DNA of 64,000 nucleotides from Podarcis filfolensis (lineage: Eukaryota): the NCBI GenBank assembly GCA_964270895.1, contig OZ185443.1; one strand, written 5' to 3'. This document shows, one piece after another, positions 25,989-38,220 of this stretch. The translations under genes were made by a program, and so were the position numbers. The notes beneath the pieces are model-generated. The model had not been told where the DNA came from and did not search any database. It worked only from the letters and a program-made list of their open reading frames with translations. The first letter of the stretch is position 1; each line of letters opens with the position of its first letter.

Positions 25989-26357
25989 TGTCAAGACCCC
26001 GCAACCACCCCTTCATTGGGAAATAACTCACACAAGGACACAGATATTAGGTTTATGTTATTGGGCAAATTTGGCCACAACTTTATTGAATTACAGAATG
26101 TGAGTGGTATTGGCTTAGGCATTGATTGGACCCGACTATATCTGACTCCTGCCCGCTGCACAGGAAGTTCGGTAAGGGTAAACCACCAGTAGGGGGAGCC
26201 CTGTCGATGCGTACCAACTCGAGCTCTGACATGGCTGGGATCCCCGGGCAACAGGGGACAAAGTCCCCCGTCCCCGGTGGGGAGTGGGTGGCCACGCGGT
26301 CCACCACAACTCATCCCCACTGGGAAGTGGAGCGGATATGGAAAATGGCTCAAGACA
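25989..26357 (-). mobile_element. LTR-like element, about 369 bp, minus orientation
   Basis: Minus strand reads TGTCTTGAG...AATAAAGTTGTGGCC...GTCTTGACA. CpG-rich, AATAAA about 90 nt from the 3' end. No TSD found. Confidence 0.55.
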
Positions 26358-26902
26358 CAAGAACCTATTGATATCACTGCACATTTAGCTGCCTTCCAGA
26401 GGGAGGGCAGGGCTCACATGGGATTTGCCCTCCCTTCTTCCTCAGTGCTCCCTTCACCCTAGAGCAAATGCCAGGCTGCTTTTTTGGCTGGATAAATCAT
26501 GGTGCTCCCTATCCATGGTATGCATAAGTGTGGTTTGTTGATATTCTGTGTGTGAAGGACTCAGGACTATTGAGACACTGCACAGATTTTGGCACTATGG
26601 TAACCGAAATTATGTGAACCAAAAATACAATGTTGCAACCAGTGTACACTTTGCAAATCTTTGCATTCCAACCCTGGAAAACTTACTCAGCAACCCTGCC
26701 AGTTTTTGAGATTTCACCGGGCGTTGTTGCCAATATACCTTTGAACATATCTTCTAAACCAGAAGTGCTAGAACTGCACTTTAAAAAGCAAGAAGAAAGA
26801 GCAAAGTGCAAGAAATATATTAGGAAGCCACATTCTGTGCTTTGTCTGTGCTTGTGTGCAGTTGCAGCATTTTTAAAGCCATGGAACGGCTCTGGGATAT
26901 TT

Positions 26903-26923
26903 TGTGTGTGTGTGTGTGTGTGT

Positions 26924-26970
<47 letters not shown>
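26903..26970. repeat. (TG)n microsatellite, about 33 units, one interruption
   Basis: Direct reading. Confidence 0.99.
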
Positions 26971-26971
<1 letters not shown>

Positions 26972-27360
26972 TTTGTGGCCTGTGAGGCACCTTTCACACA
27001 ATTGCAGGACACTATCCCATCACTAGACTCAACTGCCTGTCTATTCAGCTTCTGTACATGGAGTAGAAGTGGGGGGATACTACTTTGTTCTTTGCCTCAG
27101 GCAGCAAAATGTATTCGGCTGACCCTGTTATTCACTGACTTGTTACATGTAGCATAATCCTATAACCACATTTTTCTGCACCAGGGAGCACACTTCCCTG
27201 TTCCTCTGCTTGCTTCCTTTTCTTTTGGTTCCCCAAAAGATATCTATCCATTTGTTTCAAAAAGGGACCTGAAGTTGATAAGTGACTTGCAGAATCACAT
27301 TCTTGGCCCAATCCAAACATTGTCTGAAAAGAAAGAGTTTGCTGTGGTGCTACAGATTAC

Positions 27361-27362
<2 letters not shown>

Positions 27363-27403
<41 letters not shown>

Positions 27404-27432
27404 ACCACCACCACCACCACCACCACCACCAC
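27363..27432. repeat. Compound (AC)20-(CAC)10 microsatellite
   Basis: Direct reading. Confidence 0.98.
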
Positions 27433-29312
27433 TATCATCCCTCAGTCCCAAAAGCTTTATGCTGGTGATGAAAATTAGTATGTTATTGTTATTATTTAAT
27501 ATAAGAGTGCCAGAAAGTAATTGTCATAACTGACTGTGTCTAAGTCCCTTTTCACTTTTGACATTAGTAAAAGAAGGAAGGAAGGTGAATTCCTGGAATC
27601 TGTGACATGTATGCAACTAATGGTAGGATTTAATACAGACAATTTAAGTTTTATCTAAGTCATTACTGGCTCCTCTCACTCTTCACCCCTTGCAATTGTT
27701 GATTAAATTTTCACTGACTGGTTTGGTGACAATAATTTTTGCACATTTGTTCACTGTGTCCCTGCGCTTTGGTCTGCATTTTTGGCCAGCTAGTCATACA
27801 TCCAGCTCCCTTCTGGAAGAGATATTTCTTCAACAGTAGAATCTGAATCAAATCTGAAACTGAATATGAAACAAATCCTTGTATGATAAATATTTTGTGC
27901 TGGAAGATGTGAAGCTGCCATGATTTGAACTCTGTTTCTAATAAGTGTCTATGAAGCCTATGACGTTTTATTTACTATTCTGATCATCAACTTAACAGTA
28001 TTAAGTGCTACAGTACAGAAACACTTTTTGTTCTTTACCATCAGACCCAGACATAGTTAACTTTGAAAGAGCCACAATTCTTTACAAATTCAGATTGTAA
28101 TTGGGATCACAATTTAGTTCTATAGTGGAATAGTAGCCAACTTTCAAAATTCATCTGCCGTTTTATCTTCCCTCTCCCTCTGGAAGGAAGAGCCTGGCAT
28201 CTGAATTGTACCCTGAAAAGACCCTGCCATGCACACAATAACATGATTATACTGTACCCTTTTTGTGGATTTTAATTTGGGTGGGGGAGCTACTTATAGT
28301 TGAAAGGTTTTAATTAACTGCTTGATACCACCATACTCCAAGTCCAAAACTTAGAGATCCCTGCAAAACCCAAATGCCTCTTCACTTCTTGAAAAGATAT
28401 TCTTCAGAAGGCATTGGCCACAGTTGGTCACATCTCAATACAGCTGAAATCGATGAGGTCTCTGTGTTTGGCAAGGGTAACTGTTTCTGGAGCAGGGTCA
28501 TTGGGACAACCCTCCAGAAACACACTTTTAAAATTAATTTTATTAATTTCAAAAGCACTTTGCCAGGATCACATTTCCCTGGTGTTACAGGTTGGATCAT
28601 TTTATTTTTCAGCCTTGGGGCCTAAAAATATTTCCTGTTTTAAAGTGGGAAAAGCTATATCTTTCCAAAAAGATCAATTCTGCATGAAAGTTCAGTGTCT
28701 GGTACTGTACAGAAACATTCTAGGTGTGCAGCAGAAAATGAAAGCTGAAATGCTGCATATCCTATTTCTTGTGCCCAGATTACTGAAGTTTGTTTCTGCT
28801 GTGATTGGCTTTATTATAACATCCTTGTAACATTCCCAGTGCTGCTCTCTTATAACTGTTAATTATATTGAATCTAAGCTCAGATTATTATCATACCGTC
28901 TGCTTTTCTAGTTACAACACATACAGGCTTGCCATTAAAAGGAACTTATTTTAGCATGATTGATGGATGGGGGGAAAATGTAAATTCCGAGCTTTTATGT
29001 TTCAAACCAACAATACATGCCTATCTCATTTAATTTCAACAAAGCTGAAGACATCAGGTAAATCTGTCCTTAATAACTATGAAAGGGAGCTGGGTCTGGA
29101 TAAGTCTTAAAAGCAGCTGTAGTGAACCAGCATTGTCTTGCTGTATTTTCCCCATGCTGCTCTGTGATTTTCGGAGTCTGCGTTTCTTTCTATTATTTAA
29201 TAGATTTTATATTTATTTGTTTCATTGTTTTCAAACTCGATGTTTTGTGCATACCTTAGGGTTCAGTGGGGTTGAAAGACATAAATCTTTTCATAGATAA
29301 ATAAGAAAGGAG

Positions 29313-29477
29313 GCCTTTGATGAACTGCAATGGGTCAGCACATCTGGCTGTTAACCAGAAGGTCATTGGTTTGAGCCCACCCAGGGACAGCTGTGGGCAG
29401 GATTCCTGCACTGCAGTGGGTTGGTCTAGATGGGCCTCCATGGTACCTTCCAACTTTGTAGTTCTGCAATTCTATGA
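29313..29477 (+). mobile_element. SINE with tRNA-Asn(GTT)-derived head and CR1 3' tail
   Basis: gcaatgggtcagc...ggctGTTaaccagaaggt...ggtttgagcccacccagggaca aligns to recalled vertebrate tRNA-Asn. Tail ttcctgca...ccttccaact...attctatga. Confidence 0.8.
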
Positions 29478-29626
29478 AGCATTAAGCTTTCAAATTCATA
29501 TATGTTGATCAGATGTACTCATCAAATGCTAACTTTAAATTTCCATTTAGTGTACAGTTTTGATCAAATGTGAAATTTACGTTTCATTCAATATGGTGTG
29601 TGGCCAAAAGGCTGGTTGTCACCCTT

Positions 29627-29774
29627 GCAGTATAGCTCAGTTGGTTAGAACATGGTGCTGATAATGCCAAGGTTGCAAGTTCGATCCCCATATGGGACAG
29701 CTGCGTATTCCTGCATTGCAGGGGGATTGGACTAGATAATCCTCAGGGTCCCTTCCAACTCTACAATTCCATGA
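29627..29774 (+). mobile_element. SINE with tRNA-Ile-derived head and CR1 3' tail
   Basis: tagctcagttggttagaacatggtgctGATaatgccaaggttgcaagttcgatcccc aligns to recalled tRNA-Ile. Same tail as the 29313 element. Too mutated to be a functional tRNA. Confidence 0.82.
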
Positions 29775-31059
29775 AATCAAATCAATCCAAAGACACAGCA
29801 AAACAAAAGTTCATAACAATACACCAAACACCGGTAAAGAGAAGGCCAGTTGGCCCATCTTGGATAGGGAGTCACACAGCATGGACAATGCAGCTGGAAA
29901 GCCTTTGTTCCATGTCCCTACCAATCACATTTCAAAAAGCAGAGGGGTACTCTTGAGCAAGCACTCATGACAGCATTGGAAGAGCAAGGTTATAAAGGAA
30001 AAAGTGCTTGCTGTATATTATCATCTTCCCCTCTCCCATGTTTATTACCATTATTAAAGAAGTTTAATTTGTTTTCCCATTCTTTATTTGAAAACTAGAA
30101 AGTAGATTTGCAATGCAGTGCAGAGATTCTAAATTATACAATTCATTTGTTTTAGTGTTGTTTTTTGTTGACCTCCTTGCATCATGGGATATCTCTGCAC
30201 TCCTGAGAGAAACTATTTCCCCCTTTTAAAAAAGAACTGAGAACCAGATGTATATTTAATCTGGTATCTGAAGCGTGAAACATGATAAAAATATAAAGGC
30301 AATCAACATGCTACTGTGATCCATATGGAATGGATGACAGAATTAAAATGTACATAAACACAGTAATGTATCTCCAAACAGAGATTTCCCCAAAGCTTTT
30401 TGCTATGACTACTTTTCAAATGACTTTGCCTATTTAATTCTTTGGTTTTATTTATTTATAGACATTTGGTCTCTGAGGTTTATATTTCTTTTGAAACACA
30501 TTGTTCCCGTTTTTCTTAGTCTTTTGGGAGGGGTGAATACGAGCATATTTCTTTCCTTTCTATGATGACCCATAGATTTTGAAATTTAGGAATGGCTGTG
30601 TACACGCAGAGATCCCTGTCTGCAAGGGCTTTCTGGTTCATTTCTGGGGGGCAGTGCAATGCAACAGTATCAGACGTCCTGACTTCACAGGCAGCTGACT
30701 CATAGACAAAAAACAACCCCAAATCCGCAATAGCTTTTAAAGCTGACTTACATGAGCAAGCATTTTTCTCCCAGTTAACAGTTACACCCAATGTTTTAGC
30801 TTATATTTTAGGGTCAGACATTAATTAGAAATCCCACTTTTCAGTTATACCCACTGGGTCATACAGGATTGCTCCTAAACCCTGTTTGGGAAGGTGAAGC
30901 AAAGGACTTTACCAGCATAGTTATGCCTTGTGCCAGCTGGAGATTATCCAGCACAACCTTTCTGCCATGTGGGGTAAAATTCAAGGCACATACATTGGCA
31001 CATGCATAGAACTCCACATTCCTTCCAAACCTTAGAGGCAGGCAGGCTACTGAGAATGT

Positions 31060-31205
31060 TAGTGGGGAAAAAGTCCTCCCTATCCATTTCCCCATACCAT
31101 TCATAATTTTATAAATCTTGAGAATGCCCCCTCCCCAATCATATTTTTCTAGAGTAAAAAGGCCCAAGCACATTAGCTTTCCTCCTAAGGAAGGTGCTTC
31201 ATCTC
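31060..31205 (-). mobile_element. CR1 ORF2 C-terminal remnant
   Basis: Translates LGLFTLEK...KIYKIMNGMGK, like CR1 LGLFSLEKRRLRGD..VYKIM. Confidence 0.7.
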
Positions 31206-34200
31206 TTTGAACTCTTGGATCTTTGAGTTGTTTTTCCTTCTATCCAGGGCCATCTCATCCCACAATATTTCTCTCTACAGAAGAGTCTGTTCCCAAAGCA
31301 TGGCATTGTGGGTAAGGTGATCTCAGAATCTTTGTTGGCAGGCTGCAACAGCAAATACTGTTTAAAGTTTCACAGTAGTAGTAGTAGTAAACTTTAAACA
31401 GGCACTCTCTGGGCAGCTTTGCCCACAATAGGTCAATGCAAAGGTTGTAACCCAGAGAGCACATTAGGAGGTCCACCACCAATTTGTTGCAGTGGCAAAC
31501 TGGTGTTGGCATTCCTGAAGTCCTAGGCAGCTGTCATCAGCCACTTGACAACCGACCAGGGGCCAGACAGCCTGGAAGGCAGCATGAGAAAGCAAGCCTT
31601 GGTGCTTGGTAGCCCTGCAGGCAGGAGGAGGCAGTGGTGAATGCATTGGGGGCATCAATTTGCCATCATCTCAAGACAAGAGGCTCAACTTAGCTGATGA
31701 GAGGGCCAGCCCTGACGATACCAGCTTACTGCCTGGGCAGATGTAACATCTTAACCAATTCAGCTTTGGGGAATTCCTTCAACTGGGCCTAATCATGCTT
31801 AATCATATTGACAGCATTAATCATGGTTAAAACTAGGCATGTTTCCCCTTTAGCTTATCTAAAACCAATGAAAGCTATTTCAGATCTGAAGCCAAATAGA
31901 AACTCTAGTTAGTTCCACCTATGTGACTGCATTGGAAGCAGTTAGTCACACATGGGTACGGTGGAGGAACTGGTTTTCTGGAAGAACGATGGTGGTGAGG
32001 AGGGAGTCCATAATACTTTTTGTTTAACCACAGTTAACCAATTAGGAACATTATATTTATACAGGTATGTAGTGTTATGCCAAGAGTTACTTTTCATTCC
32101 AGAGCTGCAGTCCATTACATAGCAGTAAGTCCTGCTGAAATCAATGGGGCTTTTAATTTTTTTCCCTGCCGAAAGGCATACAACAATAACAACAACATAC
32201 TTTCAATCAAAGGATTCTGTCAAAGATATTTGAAATATCTGGCTCCTTGGTTCAAATAGCTTGATAGGATGCTTTGTTTGAAACGGGATTCAATTAATGC
32301 CCTGAAGTCAGTAATATATTTAAGTAGCAAATAAAACAGGAATGCACAGATATATTGGTGAGTCTGCTTCAGAATCCAGTGTTTACAGAGCAAATTAGGC
32401 TTTGGGTACTGTGAGCTACAAAGTAACTAGGCTGTTGAATGATATTGATGTCTTGTTTTAAAACATAGCTTCACTTTGATCTTTCTTATTTACTCTCATT
32501 ATTTAAAACCATGCCGTGCAGTATTGGCTCTTGAAAGCAGTATTCCCTGCAGGGAGAGCTATGGGAGATGCTGCTGAGAAATTAAACTAGTCCCTCTTTG
32601 AAGTCTCTCCTTTTCCCTGTAGGTTCCACAAAGAACCTCTAGTGACCTGCACAATTTCCTGGGAGAAATCAGAAACTTTTGAGCTCTCAACACCATAATG
32701 TATTGTTGTTGTTGTGGCTCTGCCTATTACCATTGGCTTATATAAATCACTCTGATTTCCCATCAGTTTTATAACAAGGATCATGATAAAAAGTGATGGC
32801 TGATATTGCTTAGAACAGGTAACACTGATTTGCTGTAGGATTAGTTTTCTTTTAACCTAATTTGGTGGATGCTTTGCAAGCCTTTCCCATGACAGAGAGG
32901 CCTATGTTTCCTTTAATTTTCAGCACCGCTGCGGCACGTTGTCAAGGCAACCAGCTTCAGTGTTTTCTTTCCACTAGTAAACTGTGCCTCAGACATGGCC
33001 CACCTTAAATCACTGTCTTTCCTGGTAATACATAAGGTCAAATACTTAACCGTTATGCACAATATTTCCCTTTTCTTTATTGGCTATCATGTTGTTATGG
33101 AGAACAGCTAGAGTCTCAGGGGAAGGTGTGTATATTAAGGCTTTTAAAGTTAAACTAATTCTACAGCATTTAAATCTGGTTGTGATGCCTTGAGGAAACA
33201 AGTCCTCCTGATACAGCCTTTTTAATTTTTTTAGCAATAAACAGACAGCTATTGCCAATTTGTATATAAATGATCATGCCCACTAGTTTTTGCAGTGCAG
33301 GCTTTCCATGGCAAACATTTGAACAAAAAAATAGGTCACAGATCTCAGTTTTAGGTGCAGGCTGGTTCACACTGTGATCTGCCATAAAGGCTCTCTGTCT
33401 GCAGTCGGCCCCACCGTGTGTGGGATAGCATGCCTCTTTCAGAACCTACACAAGTAGAGGTGATCTGTTTGCCACCAAGAAAGAGGTTTACAAATCATGG
33501 AAGGGAATGGCATGCACCTACAGAATGTAGGTCACACCTGATGTTTCAACAGCTTTAACAGCAGTAGAAAAATGTAATGAAAGCCTTGCTTCTCATAATT
33601 TACCTGATATAGTTTTGGCTTGCATTCTGAATTCATGGAGAAAGAGGCTGCATGTCACTCTCTGCAAAGGTTCTGTGCTTTTCCTGCTACCATGAGTGTA
33701 TTTAATTGCACCCGAGGAAATCTAATTAGAAATATAGTGGCCTTCTCCTTCCATTTTTAAACAGTGGGGAAAATGTATAACACAATGATTAAGAAAGTTG
33801 GAGTTAACAAAGAACCACAACTGTGCATCTGTGAAATGTTGGCAGGTATATAGATTGGAAGTTAATTATATCCATTTCCATATATGTAGAAAATGTGACC
33901 AGTAAGTCGGAACACTTTCGATTTTTGTGTCTTCAGTTATAGGACTGTGAGAGGCAATTGCCAATGATCACATGTTGGGAAGAACAAATCCAGCACATCT
34001 CTACAGCGGGAAATCGGCACTGTTACAAGACTGCTAACAAGTCATTGGTGAATTTCACAGGCCTCATGCACACAGCCAAATTTTAGCTTGGTGTGAACAC
34101 CAGGCTCCCAGAGAGGAGCTTGTAGCTGCTTTGCTCAACATGAACTTGTTTGTTTTAATGTCCTCTATTCAGGGTTAATGAGGATACTGACAGGAAGGTG

Positions 34201-34612
34201 ATGGATATCTGATGAAGGACCCTGCATGAGAGGCAGGGAATGGAAGATATTTGGCGGGGGGGGGGGCTGGGAGAAGAAAGGGAAGTTCCCAGGTGAGAGC
34301 TGGGATGGTCCACCCCGATTTGTGTGGGACAAGGGTTAAGATCTACCTCTGACAGAGGGCTCTCTGTTTTTTGTTGTTAACTTCCTTCCCCCCTCTCTCT
34401 GTTCCTTCTTTTCATTTAGATTAGTTTGATTTTTTTATTATATTTTGAAAAGTTTCAATTTTAAAAAATTATATAAAGGGGGGTGGCAGGGAGGAGCAAA
34501 GCTGCTGTGCACTCATCCCGAAGCTCACGTGTTCATGCTAACCTGAGGCTTGTTTTAGCACGATGCATGAACCAGGCCACAGCCTATAACAGACTTCTGT
34601 GCTATTTGTCCA

Positions 34613-34992
34613 GGGACTTGGGTGGCGCTGTGTCTAAACCACTGAGCCTCTGGGGCTTGCTGATCAGAAGGTTGGCGGCTCAAATTCAGGTGGTGGGGTG
34701 AGCTCCTGTTGCTCTGTCCCAGCTTTTGCCAACCTAGCAGTTCAAAAGCATACCAGTGCAAGTAGATAAATTGGTACCGCTATGGCAGGAAAGTAAATGG
34801 CGTTTCCATGCGCTCTGGCACTTGTCACAGTGTCCTGTTGTGCCAGAAGCAATTTAGTCATGCTGGCCACATGATGCAGAAAGCTTTCTGTGGACAAACA
34901 CTAGCTCCCTCAGCTTGACAAGCGAGATGAGCGCAGCACCCCATAGTCACCTTTGACTGGACTTAACCATCCAGGGGTCCTTTACCTTTTAC
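34613..34992 (+). mobile_element. Sauria SINE, older full-length copy
   Basis: Collinear with the 23452 copy with many CpG transitions. Ends ggggtcctttaccttt. Confidence 0.9.
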
Positions 34993-36008
34993 TGTTTGTT
35001 AACACATTTTCTCAGACTTAAAATTTCCCTGACAAGAAGCCTGGGAATGTGACAAAATGCAGATGCCATTCCTCACTGTGATCTTTTGCCCTTTTGCTAT
35101 GTGATCATGCACTACATTCCTAGAATGTCCCCTTTGAACCACTCAGTTCTCTGAGTTGCTTCAATGGCACTAGCATTCAGGACAGTAACTGAGCTGGACT
35201 TGGAGCTGTCATTTCTCCTTTGCTAGCAGATTACTGAATTTCTTGTGCTCTGAGGAGCCTTCTTTATCATCTTCATTCTTTTTGAAGCTCACTACAAAGG
35301 TATGTTTTCCCCTGTTGCAAGCAGTTCTAGGGTACTACAGTTATGAAATGTCTCTACATTTGCACTTTTAATTATATTCTCTCTCTCCCTCTCTCTCCCT
35401 CACAGACTGATTGCATCTCTAAATGACAAAATTGTCTGTGTAAATAGCATATGGTTTGGAAGCTTGTAATTAGATGCAAAATTATAGGAGTACATAAATT
35501 ACTGTGAGGCAAACCTTTTCATTTAGCTGGAGGTTATGGGAGGCCTTGATGGAGATCATGTGCATGAGGCAGGAGGCTTGCTATACAACATTGATGAAGA
35601 AATGCCTATGCTTTTCTGAGAGCTGTTGCACAAATTCAGAACGTATTTTGAAAGGGAAGAGGATGCCTCTGTGGTTCTGGGGAAGCTTGCTTGATGAATC
35701 TAAACATGATTGTTTTAAACAGCTGTCTAATAGAGCGAATGCTTTGCAGGCCGTAAGCCCCAGGTTTAAGCCCTGATATCTCCACTTAAAAGGATCTCAG
35801 GAGGCAAGACTACAAAACTCTTGGGAGAGCCTGCCACTCAAAATAGACAATGTGAGTGGTCTGACGCAGTATAAAGACTACTGACTCTGTATGATATGAG
35901 TAGGCTGTCCCTGTGAGCTGGAACCCTGAGCGCTCAGGTTTCTAACTCATGGGGAGAGCTTACATGTCTTGGCAGCCTGCCCCATGCAGCCATGCTCTTA
36001 AACATGTG

Positions 36009-36149
36009 AAGAAGTGCATGCATGTTTCGTGTGCATGCACACGAAAGCTCATACCAAGAACTAACTTAGTTGGTCTTTAAGGTGCTACTGGAAGGAAAAA
36101 ATTTTTTTTGTTTTGACTATGGCAGACCAACACGGCTACCTATCTGTAA
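36009..36149 (+). mobile_element. Penelope-like element pseudo-LTR fragment
   Basis: gcatgcacacgaaagctcatacc...taaggtgctactgg...ggcagaccaacacggctacc, flanked by the 12-bp direct repeat cttaaacatgtg (35997-36008, 36150-36161). Confidence 0.8.
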
Positions 36150-38220
36150 CTTAAACATGTGGATAGCGTTGGGGAGGAGCCAGCATAGGCATGACAATAA
36201 AGGCAGGCTGAGTGAGTTCTCCCGATTCACTGAATTATCATTGCATGCCCTGGATGTTTGAGTGGGGCTAGTTTATTGCAAAATGCTGCTTTGGACAGTC
36301 ACTTTGCAGTGACTTGGGGTGAAAGAACCTGTTCTAAAGGAGTGCATCTTCTGCAGAACTAGCACTCGAGAGGCCTCACCACCAAGTGTCTGGCAAGCTT
36401 AATATGCACGAATAAGATAACAATGCCTGGCATTTATACTTTTCCAAGTGCCCAAAGGGCTTTAAGAGCATTCTCCACAAACCTTAGCAACCCTGTAAAG
36501 GAGGCTATTAAACATGCTGCCAACTAAGGCTCTGAGACAGTGACTTGTCTAAGGCTACCCAGATTATTCCTTGCTGGGAGGGGGATGTGATGAGGCTAAG
36601 GGCAGTTTCCCTTGGGTGATTGCTTATGCATGGGCTTGCTCCTAGGTGCATTGGTGGTCATTTAGTGATTTTGCTTCTTTTATGTTGTATTTATTTAGTT
36701 ACTATTTTTATTTAATATTTTGTTGACCGCTTTGGGAGCCTTTGGGTAAGAGAGCACTATATAAATAAAGAACAGCAACAAGTTTATAGTCAAGTGTTTT
36801 GGAGACTTCATGTGTTTTTATTTTGTTTTAAAGATGTAAACTGCCCTGTGATTTTCAGAAGAAGGGTGGTATATAAACTCAATAAATGAAAATAAATAAA
36901 ACTCTCCTAGCTGCTACACTGCAGTGGCTTTTGCAGCAGCTAAATATAAGAATGTATTTTATGCAGACCACCACTGTGAGCTTGACTGCCCAAGGCAAAC
37001 TAAAAATGTTTTTCATCACTTGCTAGAGGAATCTACTGCACTGTTGCTCTCCTGATGTTCTTAGTTAAGTTTAGAGATGCTGAGCCTCTTGAGGCAAAAG
37101 CAGTGTCTCTGGGATAGCATCCTGTATTTAAAGCAGTGCGGGAGAAAAGCAAAGCCCCGATTCTGTGGAAATGTGTCAACAAATAGTACAGAAGAGAACT
37201 AATGAGGCAGAATCTTTAGGGCTGTTTCACATGATCTGGTTCCACTTCATTTCAAAAGTGCTGTTCCACAATTGTGGCAGGAAACGGCATAAATTAAATT
37301 GCAGACTGAGAAAGCCATCAGCCATTTTCTCAGCTGTACCTCACTTTCCCCAGCTGGTGTGATCACAAGAATCAGAGCATGACCTGCTTTGCACAAACAT
37401 TTCCCCATCTGATCATGGGCACATGTATGATTGAACAAGAACGCCAGCTGCTTGAAAGTATGGGAATTTTAAATTTCAACTATGGAAATCCAGCCTAAAT
37501 AATAGGAAATGTAGTCTGTTTAATGATGGTACAGCTGTTTGGATTCATGTTTTATAAAAGGCTCAAGCCAAAATGAAATGCAGTGTCAAAACTATATGGT
37601 GTTCAATATAATTCCCTTTTTGCTTTTAGTCTAATGACAGAGCTGACAATTGAAAATGAAAACAATATAAAATTGGCAGATGGAACAGTCATTCTATAAA
37701 TATATGTTGTTTTTGAAATTGAAGGTTTTCTTTCAGTGGTATCGTTTAATTTCCATTTTTAGGCAGTTTTATTTAGTGGCTATCTTTAAATACTATTGAA
37801 GTTCTTAGATGCTATTTTTGATTAGATTGCTTTTCAGTTACTCTGTTTTTGTAATCCTATGTAGTTTGCAAAAAAAAAAAATAGGGAGGCCTAGATACAG
37901 TATTCTAAGAAATATATTTTAACATTAATCTAGACATGCATAGTTGTGCTTAAATCATTGAGAATATGGAACATCTTTTGTACAGTCCTTTGCTACCCTC
38001 TAGTGTCTAACAGACTGCACTTCTAGTCCTAACATTTCCATGTAACACTATTGAAATTTGGAATGTCTGGATTACTACATTGTGATATAACTAGGTGCAA
38101 TTAATTCAGCAAAGTGGGACACATTTCTAAGCTTGCAAACTTACTTTTTAAAAATCCATGTTTTTATTCTCATTTTGACTCTCTGCAACAGAAAATAAAA
38201 TAATCTGACATCAGTGACCA

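Noticed and set aside
25986-26384. Five overlapping ORFs on both strands
   Set aside because: GC-rich repeat interior with no recognisable domain.
26630-27533. ORFs with poly-HT, VC, poly-Pro or poly-Thr
   Set aside because: Translations of microsatellites.
29627-29700. Possible tRNA-Ile gene (and tRNA-Asn at about 29313-29390)
   Set aside because: Acceptor and T stems are broken by substitutions and each is fused to a CR1 tail, so they are SINE heads and not tRNA genes.
31690-31730. CTGATGA followed by hairpin AGGGC-CA-GCCCT, hammerhead-like
   Set aside because: The required CGAAA after stem II is absent (GACGA instead), and I found no stem I or III.
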